Below are positions 11,586-20,800 of a DNA stretch of 64,000 nucleotides, piece after piece; within the stretch, counting starts at the first letter, position 1, and each line of letters begins with the position of its first letter. A program made the translations under genes and the position numbers. Source of the stretch: an uncultured Acidimicrobiia bacterium (GTDB lineage: Bacteria; Actinomycetota; Acidimicrobiia; IMCC26256; JAENVU01); contig CAWFYD010000004.1 in NCBI GenBank assembly GCA_963819945.1, positions 20,272-84,271 of the forward strand. Direction: 5' to 3'. The notes beneath the pieces are model-generated. The model did no database searches. It was not told the origin of the DNA and saw only the letters and a list, made by a program, of their open reading frames with translations.

Positions 11586-11990
11586 GTGGCTCCCGGACCT
11601 ACGGATCTGAACGAGGAGTTCGTACGGTCGTTGCCCGATGACGGCCCCGTGGTGATGGTCAACCTGGTGCGGTTCCGGGAGCGGTCGCTCGACGGATCGG
11701 GATCGGGGTGGGACGCCTACACGCGGTACAGCGAGTCGGACATGCCGCTCCTGAAGCGGGTCGGCGGCACGGTCCTGTGGGCCGGTCACGTCGAGGGCGC
11801 GGCGCTCGGTGATCTCGGCGGGAGTCGCTGGGACTGGGTGGTCGTCGTGCGGTATCCATCACGAGCGGCCTTCCTCTCCATGATGACGTCACCCGAATAC
11901 GCCCTCGCCAACCGCGATCGCGAGAACGGGGTGGAAGATCACGTCATCTTGGCGGCGAATCAGTCCTACTCGAAGTTCATGCCAGCGTGA
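11586..11990 (+). CDS. DUF1330 family protein
   Basis: Intact 134-aa ORF. PVVMVNLVRFRE...YTRYSESDMPLLKRVGGTVLWAG...WDWVVVVRYPSRAAFLSMMTSPEY is the typical DUF1330 pattern. Confidence 0.75.
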   Translation: MAPGPTDLNEEFVRSLPDDGPVVMVNLVRFRERSLDGSGSGWDAYTRYSESDMPLLKRVGGTVLWAGHVEGAALGDLGGSRWDWVVVVRYPSRAAFLSMMTSPEYALANRDRENGVEDHVILAANQSYSKFMPA

Positions 11991-12020
11991 CGACGGGATT
12001 TCGGGCGTTAATCTGACGCC

Positions 12021-13464
12021 ATGGTCGAGCCGGGCCGGGTAGAGACCGACTACCTCGTCGTGGGTGCGGGCGCGATGGGCGTCGCGTTCGTCGACAGCCT
12101 GATCGAACACTCCGACTCCGAGGTCGTCGTCGTCGAGCGACGCCATCGAGCGGGCGGTCACTGGCTGGACTCGTATCCCTTCGTCCAGCTTCATCAGCCG
12201 TCCTCGACCTACGGCGTCAACTCGACCGTCCTCGGACAGGATCGCATCGAGCCCGACGGGAGCGAGGCCGGGTTCTACGAGCGCGCCAGTGGCACCGAGA
12301 TCTGCGGCTACTACGACGAGATCATGCGCCACCGCCTGCTCGCCTCGGGTCGGGTCCGGTTCTTCCCGATGTGCGATTACCTCGGCGATCGGCGCTTCCA
12401 ATCGCTCGTCAGCGGCGACGTCACCGACGTGACGGTGAGGCGACGAGTCGTCGACGCGACGTACATGGCAACGCGCGTGCCGGCACGCGAACCGCCGCCA
12501 TTCGCCGTCGCGGACGGCGTGCAATGTGTCCCGGTGGGCGAGCTGACGAAGGTCTCGCACGTGCCCGCCGGCTACGTCATCGTCGGCGGGGGAAAGACCG
12601 CGCTCGACGCGTTCTGCTGGCTCCTCGACCGCGGTACGCCGGCCGACCAGATCACGTGGATCCGCCCTCGAGACGCGTGGCTGTTGAACCGCAAGTTCTT
12701 CCAGCCCGGCGAAGGTGTCATGGAGACGTTCGAGGGGATCGTGCTCGAGCTCGAAGCCATCGCGCGACGGCGACTCGGTCGAGGAGATCTACGAGCGACT
12801 CGAAGCGAGCGAGGTCATGTTCCGCGTCGACCGTTCGGTCGTCCCGACGATGATGAAGGGTGCGACGCTGAGTGCCGGCGAGCTCGCCCAGCTGCGACGC
12901 ATCGACAACGTCGTGCGCCTCGGCCACGTGGAGCGCATCGACCTCGACGAGATCGTGCTCGAGCGGGGCACCATTGCGACGAGCCCGGAGCATCTGCACG
13001 TGCACTGCGCGACACCCGGGCTGAGTGACCGTCCGCCGGTGCCGATCTTCACCGACGACACCATCACGCTCCAGGTGCTGTCACGCATCAGCTTGTGCAT
13101 GTCTTCGGCGTTCATCGGCTTGGTCGAAGGGAGCGACCGGACGACCGCAGAGAAGAATCGCCTGTGTCGTCCGAACCCGTGGCCGCAGACCCCATTCGAT
13201 TTCCTGCGGGCGATCCTGTTGGGGATCAAGACCGAGCTGGGATGGCAGGACGCCGATCTCCGCGAGTGGGTCGAGGCGTCGCGTCTGAACCTCGTCGGTG
13301 GACTCGCTCGTCACGCCGACCAGAACGCCGTCCAAGCGCTGCAGGGCCGGTTCCTCGCCGCGCTGTTCCCGGCGTTGGACAACTTCGAACAGCTGTCCGC
13401 GCAAGCATCCGAGGCCGAGCGCGCGCGGATCTTCGAGCCGGAAGAGAGCGTTCCGAGCTCGTAG
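12021..13464 (+). pseudogene. FAD/NAD(P)-binding oxidoreductase, one +1 frameshift near 12760
   Basis: Dinucleotide folds YLVVGAGAMGVAFVD and VIVGGGKTALDAF. ORF 12021..13028 is continued by ORF 12715..13464. Confidence 0.75.
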
Positions 13465-13509
13465 CCGCTCGTCGGAGTCCGGCAACGCCGCCCCTCCGTC
13501 GCTTAGAGG

Positions 13510-14480
13510 TCACACTTCGAAGCCGGCGCCCCTCGCCAAGGCCCGGCGGGTCTCCGCGACCAGCGCTCGGACGATCGCTGCCGGCCGGCTCGACCCGTTC
13601 GATGAGGCCCGTGCTCTGACCGCCGACGACGAGGAGCTGTTCGCGGTCGCCCGCGGCATCTGCCTCGTCGAGCTCCACGCCGCGCCGCGGTCGGATCAGT
13701 CGAGACGTCGGCCGTCTGGCCCTCCCAACGTTCGATGTACTCGGTGCGCAGGACCCGCATGCGCGTCCCGTAGCCGACGGTTCCCGGGTTCGGGTTCATC
13801 GCGTTGATGAAGTCGCTCTGTATCCAGTCTTCGGACGGCGCGGAGACGAGCGCCTTCTTCCAGCGCTCTCCGACCGGGGATTCGACCGATGCGAGGAAGC
13901 GACTGCCAAGGTTGACGCCGGCGGCGCCGAGCACCATCGCTGCCGCGATGCCGCGCCCGTCGGCGATTCCACCCGCCGCGACAACCGGGACGGGACGTAC
14001 CGCGTCGACGACTTGTGGCACGAGGCACAAGGTGCCGACCGTTCCCGCGTATCCGCCGGCTTCGCCACCTTGCGCGACGATGATGTCGGCACCGTGCTCT
14101 GCGGCCTGCTGCGCCTGCTGCACCGTCGTGACCTGCTGCATGGCGATGCTGCCGGAATCCTGGACCCGGCGCATGAGATCTCCCGCGTCGTCAAGCGCAA
14201 ATGACACGACGGCAGGGGAGTGTTCGAGTGTCGCTTCGAAGGCATCGGCGTCGAGGTCCGGCACGACGTGATTGACGGCGAAGGGCCGATCCGTCAGCTC
14301 GCGCAGCTCGGCGAGGTCCCGGCGAAGCTGTTCCGGCGGACGGTTCCAGGCGCCGATGCTCCCGAGCGCGCCGGCCGCCGAAACCGCCGCCGCCAGCGCC
14401 GGCGAGGTGAAGATGCTCATCCCCGCCTGGATGAGCGGCACCTCGATGCCCACCAGTTCACACAACGGCGACTGCGCCAT
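13510..14480 (-). pseudogene. Nitronate monooxygenase (NMO / 2-nitropropane dioxygenase family), two frameshifts in the last third
   Basis: PLIQAGMS, IVAQGGEAGGY, VVAAGGIADGRGIAAAMVLGAAGVNLGSRF. The tail needs two further frames: ELDEADAAGDREQLLVVGGQSTGLIERVEPA, then IVRALVAETRRALARGAGFEV with a stop at 13510-13512. Confidence 0.8.
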
Positions 14481-14748
14481 GACGACTCTCCGTTCGAGAG
14501 GGCGCGATCAGACTAGGACGGGAGCGTGCGGCGGCATGCAGAGGTACGTCTACGACATCTTCGGGCCGAGTGTGAACCTCGCCGCGGGGATGGAATCCCT
14601 GGCCGAGCCAATGACCTCCGCGGTGAACGAAAATACCTACGAGATCATCAAGATCGACGAGCACTTGACGGATCTCGGCGACGTCGAGGTCAATGGATTG
14701 GACAGCCAGTGGATCTGCTCGCTTGACGGCGAGCCGCATCGGCGCTGA
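14479..14748 (+). pseudogene. Orphan C-terminal remnant of a class III nucleotidyl cyclase domain
   Basis: MQRYVYDIFGPSVNLAAGMESLAEPMTSAVNENTYEIIKIDEHLTDLGDVEVNGLDSQ matches the YD(I/V)(W/F)G..VN.A.R.ES..........Y......F....G...VKG end of cyclase domains. The metal-binding N-terminal half is absent. The local stretch is visibly AT-richer (gaa aat acc tac gag atc atc aag atc). Confidence 0.6.
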
Positions 14749-14762
14749 CTCGGTACGGCTGG

Positions 14763-15920
14763 TCAGCGGGCGGAGGAGCGTGGTGGTGAGCCGCTCGATG
14801 TCGTCCTCGTGGTTGTACAGATGGATCGCCAGGCGCAGATTGCCGTCGCGGGCCGAACCGATGATGCCCTGGCGCTTCAGTCCCGCCAACAGCTCGGTGG
14901 GTTCGTTGTCGCCCAGCGGCACCGAGACGATGCTGCTGCGATTGGCCTCGGGGAGGTCGATCGGCGTCCACCCGATCTCGGCCAGCGACGCCCTCAGCAA
15001 TTCGCTGAGCTCGCGGTTGCGGGCGTAGATGGCGTCGACGCCGAAGGTGTCGAACACGGAGAGGGCGGCTTCGTTCCCGACTGCTGCCAGCCAGCTGATC
15101 GAGTTGTCGAAGCGCGATGCGGTCGGTGACAGGTCCATGCCGGGTCCGAAGAAGCTCTCGAACGGGACCCGGCCGGCCTTCCAACCTGCGTTGATCGGGG
15201 TCAGCCGATCCTGGATGGCGGGGGAGAGGTAGCAGTACCCGAGACCACGACCGGCGTGGAGCAGGAACTTGTGATCGGCAGTCGCCAACACGTCGACATG
15301 TTCGAGCTCGTCGGCCACCGGCAACGCGCCGACGAGCTGCGAGCCGTCGACGAACACGATGGCACCGACCGATCGCGCGATCTCACTGATCGCCCGGATG
15401 TCCGACCGGTGCCCGGTTGCCGTCTGCACTCCGCTGAACGCGACCAACACGGTCTCGTCGTCGACGAGCTTCGCAATGTCGTCGGGCTCGAGACCGCCAT
15501 TTCGAAACGGCGCCTGCCGGACCTCGTACCCCTTCTGCGCCAGCATTCGCCACGGGTAGTGGTTCGAGCTGTACTCGCGTTCGCCGATCACCACGTTGTG
15601 TCCCGGGCCTGCCGGAGGGAGCTGCGCCGCCACCAGACCCGCAGCCGCGGACACCGACGCGATCAAGGCGATGTCCGAGCGATCAGCACCCATCAGGGCC
15701 GCCACCAAGGTCCTGCGCTCTCGCCTGCGGCCTCGCCACGAGCAAAGTCCAGACCGCTCTCCGACCAATCGTCGATGTAGCCCTTCAACGCGGCGACCAG
15801 TGCTCGGCTCGCCAAACCAACGGCAGCCGTGTTGAAGTACGCCACCTTCTCGGTCGCGGGGAACAGGTTGCGGGCGTTGCGCACGTCACCGGCTGAACCC
15901 GGTTCCGCCTGACTGCTCAT
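14763..15920 (-). pseudogene. Class V aminotransferase / cysteine desulfurase-like PLP enzyme, frameshift near 15715, 3' end uncertain
   Basis: ORF 15693..15920 (NLFPATEKVAYFNTAAVGLASRAL) joins ORF 14458..15768 (LATADHKFLL with the PLP lysine). The main frame has no stop before 14458. A TGA in the adjacent frame at 14763-14765 is the likely end. Confidence 0.75.
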
Positions 15921-16192
15921 GCCCGAACGCTAACTGCCGACCCCGGTTCGGACCGTTCCCGCGTTCCTGAAGCGAATCCGGGGGCTCCCCGGTGTGCGGC
16001 CTGCCGATCTGCCGTATCGCGCGGCCGGCTCCCGTCTGATCGGTCATCCTGCCCCTTGTGTCCGGTCCGGCCGGCTCGCAGGGGTCAGATCACTCTCCGG
16101 TGGCTCCGAGCGAGATTGCAGCGCGCCGGCGGGGTGAGTAGACCAGGGGCGCTCGCTCTTCGCGGTCATGTCGTCGAGCTGGGGGGCTCGTC

Positions 16193-17581
16193 ATGCGCAA
16201 GCTCGCGTTGGTGTTCGTGCTCATGCTCGTGACGAGCGCGTGTGACTGGCCACAGTTCCTGTCCAACCCTGCGCATACGAGCTCGAGTGCCGATCGCTCG
16301 ATCAGCCGCGAGGCGGTGGGGTCCGGTGCTGTCTCATTGCGCTGGAGTGGAGCTCTCGCCGGTACCGCGCTCACACCAGCGGTGGTCTCGGAGGGCGTCG
16401 CGTACGTCGGTGCAACCTCGGGCTCGAATTCGAACGAGTCCGCGTTGTATGCGTTCGACGCGTCGGGCGCGTCAGGGTGCTCCGGGTCCCCGCGGACCTG
16501 CTCACCCCTCTGGACCACCACCGCGCTCCCGAGCGGCTCGATGTTGCCACCGTCGATCGCGGATGGCGTCGCGTTGGTCGCGCTCCCGGGGCTCCCCCTC
16601 CGGGCATACGACGCCGCGGGCTCGACGAATTGTGGTGGAGCGCCGAAGCGCTGCGACGTGCTGTGGTCCACCGCGCCGCTCGGCCAATCGTCGAGCACTG
16701 CCGTCGCGGCGAACGGCCTCGTGTACCAAGGGTTCTACAGCGCTGACCTGGCAGTGGGCACCGGCGTCGCCGCGTACGACCTGTCGGGAACGACGAACTG
16801 CTCTGGCACACCCAAGACGTGCCGCCCGGTGTGGATCGGACGAATTCCCCGCGTGACGAATTTCGTCGTACCCGCCGTTGCGAACGGGGTCGTCTACATC
16901 ACGTCGGATACCACGCTGTACGCCTTCGCCGCCGCTGGGGATACGAACTGCTCGGGCGGCACCCCGAAGTCCTGCCTGCCGCTCTGGCAAGCCGACCTTC
17001 CCAGTGGAACGGGCTTCGGAACCGCGCCGGTCGTCTCGAACGGCTTCGTGTTCCAAGCGACTGCCAACGGCGAGCTCGAGGCGTTCGACGCCGCGGGTCT
17101 CGCGGGCTGCTCCGGGACGCCTCGGATCTGCACGCGGCGGTTCTTCGCCGCGGCGTCAGGCATTCCATCCGTCGCAGACGGGACGCTCTACGCCCTGACG
17201 CCGAATGGACGTCTGTCCGCGTTCGACGCGACCGGGGCCGAGCGGTGCTCGACACGGTCTCGCCAATGCCACCCGTTGCGCAGCTACAACCTCCCACCGA
17301 TCCAGTGCGATCTCCCCGGACCGTGTGGGAGCCGGTCACCCGCCGCCGTTGTGAACGGGGTGCTCTACCTCACTTCGACGTTCCTCAAGAACGCCGGCTT
17401 CGCCTCGCTCAACGCGTTCGACGCGCTCGGCGAGGCGAACTGCTCCGGAGTGCCACCGAGATGTGGCGAGCTCGCGCACTGGGACAACGTCGGTCCGTCG
17501 CCGGCGATCGCGAACGGCTACCTGTACGCGTCCACGTTCGCGCCCGCGGAGCCTCGCCTCAACGCCTACGGCCCGCCGTGA
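16193..17581 (+). CDS. Secreted lipoprotein, PQQ-like beta-propeller repeat protein with one Cys pair per blade
   Basis: Intact 462-aa ORF. Signal peptide plus lipobox-like LVTSAC. Seven repeats of (L)xA(F/Y)DAxGxxxC(S/G)GxPxxCxP(L/V)W. The closing strand is LNAYGPP. Confidence 0.8.
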   Translation: MRKLALVFVLMLVTSACDWPQFLSNPAHTSSSADRSISREAVGSGAVSLRWSGALAGTALTPAVVSEGVAYVGATSGSNSNESALYAFDASGASGCSGSPRTCSPLWTTTALPSGSMLPPSIADGVALVALPGLPLRAYDAAGSTNCGGAPKRCDVLWSTAPLGQSSSTAVAANGLVYQGFYSADLAVGTGVAAYDLSGTTNCSGTPKTCRPVWIGRIPRVTNFVVPAVANGVVYITSDTTLYAFAAAGDTNCSGGTPKSCLPLWQADLPSGTGFGTAPVVSNGFVFQATANGELEAFDAAGLAGCSGTPRICTRRFFAAASGIPSVADGTLYALTPNGRLSAFDATGAERCSTRSRQCHPLRSYNLPPIQCDLPGPCGSRSPAAVVNGVLYLTSTFLKNAGFASLNAFDALGEANCSGVPPRCGELAHWDNVGPSPAIANGYLYASTFAPAEPRLNAYGPP

Positions 17582-17682
17582 GCAACCACGCGCCTGCTTG
17601 CAGCCCAGCTCCCGCAGCGGCGTGGAATCGCGGGGCCGGCTGACGAAAACCTCGAGGGCCGCCGGTGGATCAGTCCGCGGTG

Positions 17683-18534
17683 CTACAGGCCCGTCATGTC
17701 GTGATTCATTGCTGCGATGTTCATCCGACTCGTGTGACATGCATCGGCCGGGTCGTGGATCGCAGTCCCGCCGCTGATGCACGGCATCATCCCGGCGAAC
17801 ACGTCAGGCTCGAACTTCATGTCGTCGAGGATCCAGACGTGCAACATGTAGAAGTTCGACATGTTGACGTTGATGCCGCCCGTCGCGGCACACGACGCGT
17901 CGGTCGTGTTGAACCCGACCATCGTTGCGTTGCTCGTGTCGAAGCAGATCATCGGGTGGATGTGCCACCAGTCGTTGTTCCCGGCGAACCCGGCGGGCGG
18001 ACGACCGGTGTTGGTGTGGACGTAGTAGTCGAACCCGACGAGCTTGGAGCCCGGAGCGTCACCTTCGAACTGCAGGACCTCAGGCTTCGTGGGATCGAAC
18101 GTGTCGTCCAACCCCGCGGCGCTGAGATCGGGATCAAGGCGATTGAACGACGGGTCGGCGAGAATCGCCGGTGTGATCCCACCGCGGATGTGGTGGGTGC
18201 CCATGCCGCTGACGTACGGCGTGGCCATCCGAAAGCCCGCAGCTTCGGCTGCGCCCGCGGTAGGCCACTGGAGCACGTAGCTCTTCGCGAGATCGAACTG
18301 GGCCGACATCGCCTTGCAGTCCGACCAGGGCAAGGGGGCCTTGTGCGTTCCTGCGTAGTAGTCGACGCTGCCCGCGGCCGGCCCGCTCGTAACCGGGATC
18401 TCCTCCGTGGAGGTGCACCACCACGGGACCGGCCCGCCGGAGTGCTCGGCATCGACTGCCGCGTTGAGGTAGGCGCACGACGACAGCAGTGCCATCGCCC
18501 CGACGAGTCCCGCGAGCCGCAACACCGTTCTCAT
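17683..18534 (-). CDS. Lipoprotein of unknown function (His/Trp/Cys-rich)
   Basis: MRTVLRLAGLVGAMALLSSC carries a lipobox (ATG 18534). Intact. Distinctive GMGTHHIRGG, NNDWWHIHPMICF, YMLHVWILDD. No family recognised. Confidence 0.65.
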   Translation of the reverse strand: MRTVLRLAGLVGAMALLSSCAYLNAAVDAEHSGGPVPWWCTSTEEIPVTSGPAAGSVDYYAGTHKAPLPWSDCKAMSAQFDLAKSYVLQWPTAGAAEAAGFRMATPYVSGMGTHHIRGGITPAILADPSFNRLDPDLSAAGLDDTFDPTKPEVLQFEGDAPGSKLVGFDYYVHTNTGRPPAGFAGNNDWWHIHPMICFDTSNATMVGFNTTDASCAATGGINVNMSNFYMLHVWILDDMKFEPDVFAGMMPCISGGTAIHDPADACHTSRMNIAAMNHDMTGL

Positions 18535-18657
18535 CCCTGTTCCCCCAGTCGGTACCACTGCCGCGGCATCGATCATGACAGACGAAGCTTCGGTGATGTG
18601 TGAGGAGGTGGTGAAGCTTGCGACCGACGAGCACGCGCTTTCGACGGATCCCCTCGA

Positions 18658-20146
18658 TCAGCTCTGCCCGACCGGTCGCGGCGCGGCGACGTCGCCGGTC
18701 TGGCCCCAGGCGGTGGATCCGGCGATGCCGTTGACGTACCAGTGGCTGTTCGAGGGGCGCCACACCGCGAAGTCGGTGCTTCCGTCGCCGTTGTAGTCGC
18801 CGGGGACCGCGACGTCGCCGGTCTGGCCCCAGGCAGTGGAGCCGGCGATGCCGTTGACGTACCAACGACCGTTCGACGGGCGCCACACCGCGAAGTCGGT
18901 GCTTCCGTCGCCCGTTGTAGTCGCCGGGGACCGCGACGTCGCCGGCTCTTGCCGAACGGCGGTGGATCCGGCGATGCCATTGACGTACCAACGACCGTTC
19001 GACGGACGCCACACCGCGAAGTCGGTGCTCCCGTCACCGTTGTAGTCGCCGGGGACGGCGATGTCGCCGCTCTTGCCGAACGGCGTGGATCCGGCGATGC
19101 CATTCACGTACCAACGACCGTTCGACGGACGCCACACCGCGAAGTCGGTGCGTTCCGTCGCCGTTGTAGTCGCCGGGGACGGCGATGTCGCCGCTCTTGC
19201 CGAACGGCGTGGATCCGGCGATGCCATTGACGTACCAACGACCGTTCGACGGACGCCACACCGCGAAGTCGGTGCGTTCCGTCGCCGTTGTAGTCGCCGG
19301 GGACGGCGATGTCGCCACTCTTGCCGAACGGCGTGGATCCGGCGATGCCATTCACGTACCAGCGACCGTTCGACGGACGCCACACCGCGAAGTCGGTGCG
19401 TTCCGTCACCGTTGAAGTCGCAGTACACCGCGGCCTCCGGTGGCGGCGCAGCTTCTGCCGGCAGGATGACCCGCATCTCGTCGAAGACGCCACCGTTGTG
19501 TCCGAACATCGTCGTGGACAGCTCGAGGCGATCGGGCGAGATCGCATACGAGTCGCCGTCGTAGTTGAACTCCATGTCGCGGCCGCCCAACGACGAGAAC
19601 GTGGTGGACGGGCTGAAGATCTCGTCGGTGGCGTCGAGAGCCGCGCTCGTGACGTACACCCCGAGGACCGGGCGATCGAACGTGATCGTCGCGGATCGGG
19701 CGATCCCTTGGGTGAGGCTGAAGGGAAGTCCACTCAGATCCGGGTCGAAGTGCAGGAGGACGCTGACCACCTCGGTCCCGGCGGGCGGCAGGCCGGGACC
19801 GCTGTACGGCGTCGTGATGGCATTCGCGAAGGTGTTCGGCTCGGCTCCGACCCCCAACGTGGGATCGTGCACCGCAGCATCGAACGGGAACGACGGCATC
19901 GTCGGCGTGACAACGCCGCGACCTTCGGGAATCAACCGGATGTCTGTCTGGCTCACGACGACTCCCGAGTTGAGGTCCGGGGCCGGATCCAACACCTCGA
20001 TCTCGCCCGCGAGCTCGCTGACCCCCTCGCCGGCGCCGGGCAGCCGCCACGGCGCTGCGGCCCGGCACTGCGATGGCGGCGCCGAGCATCAGGCTGGCGA
20101 CGAACACCGCTCCCACACCCCTGCGGGTCCTGACGACGAGTCCCAT
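18658..20146 (-). pseudogene. Secreted protein with an unknown ~200-aa N-terminal domain and six FG-GAP/VCBS-like 41-aa repeats; at least 7 frameshifts
   Basis: GGAGGA lies 10 nt before ATG 20146. Signal peptide MGLVVRTRRGVGAVFVASLMLGAAIA. Repeats read GD(I/V)[33 protein letters not shown](P/A)(F/W)G(K/Q)(S/T). The frame rotates inside the repeats. Confidence 0.8.
18688..19420 (-). repeat. Tandem coding repeat, six units of 123, 124, 125, 124, 124 and about 113 nt
   Basis: Unit starts are at 18688, 18811, 18935, 19060, 19184 and 19308. Units 4 and 5 differ at 1 position. An extra g sits at 19152, 19276 and 19400 (exactly 124 nt apart). Confidence 0.9.
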
Positions 20147-20264
20147 AGGTCCCTGATCCTCCGACTGAGCCGCCCGGCGCGACCGTGGTCGTTTCGTCCG
20201 CTTTTGTCAAGTGGCCCGACTTTGTTCCGGAGCTGGTCGCACTGCGAGGGTCCGCGCGGCGCCT

Positions 20265-20278
20265 TGCGTGCGCACGCA
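20265..20278. promoter_or_regulatory. 14-bp perfect palindrome TGCGTGCGCACGCA in the 353-nt leader of the FG-GAP gene
   Basis: Read directly from the sequence, about 120 nt upstream of ATG 20146. The same leader has the 12-nt direct repeat CCGCAGCGATGG at 20298 and 20334. Confidence 0.3.
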
Positions 20279-20499
20279 GCACTCCCGTCGTCGGCAACCG
20301 CAGCGATGGTCGGACCGGGTGGCCACCGTGGTCCCGCAGCGATGGCCCCCTGCAGCTCGGGTTCCATGCTTGGACGGCGGGGTTCGTGGATTACCCGCAG
20401 GGTCAGCGCACCCTCCGCTTCCTTCCCATCACCTGGGCGAACGGTCGCCCGGTCCTGGGTTGATCCCGCTCGACGACCGGTCGGTTGCGCCGTACGGCA

Positions 20500-20800
20500 C
20501 TAGCGCTGAGGTCCGCCCTCGGGATAGATGCTGCGCGTCTCGGCCCGCCGGTTGCGTTGGTCGATCCAGTCGCTCAGGTAGGCCTTCGGGAGCAGCTTGA
20601 TGATCAGCCAGCGTCAGGTACAGAACGGTGTTGATCGCCACGAACATGCTCAGCACGGCGAACCATTGCGAGTGCATGATGCTCTCGGGTAGCAGGACGC
20701 TCGCGAAGAGCAGCACACCGGTCACGACGTCACCTCGCGCGTGTCTCGTGACTCTCGGTTGCGTCGGCGTCAGCCGTGGGTTGCGACGCGTGGTCGACAT
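20500..20800 (-). pseudogene. Small two-TM membrane protein downstream of the GT2 (PgaD-like position), one frameshift near 20600
   Basis: VTGVLLFASVLLPESIMHSQWFAVLSMFVAINTVLYLTLA is followed in the next frame by LIIKLLPKAYLSDWIDQRNRRAETRSIYPEGGPQR, with a stop at 20500-20502. A GTG at 20725, 4 nt after the GT2 stop, is a more likely start than ATG 20800. Confidence 0.6.

Noticed and set aside
18688-19420. A regular 123-125-nt repeat array that could superficially suggest a CRISPR or satellite locus.
   Set aside because: The units are contiguous with no unique spacers. They are too long for CRISPR repeats. They encode FG-GAP/VCBS-type repeats within a secreted protein.
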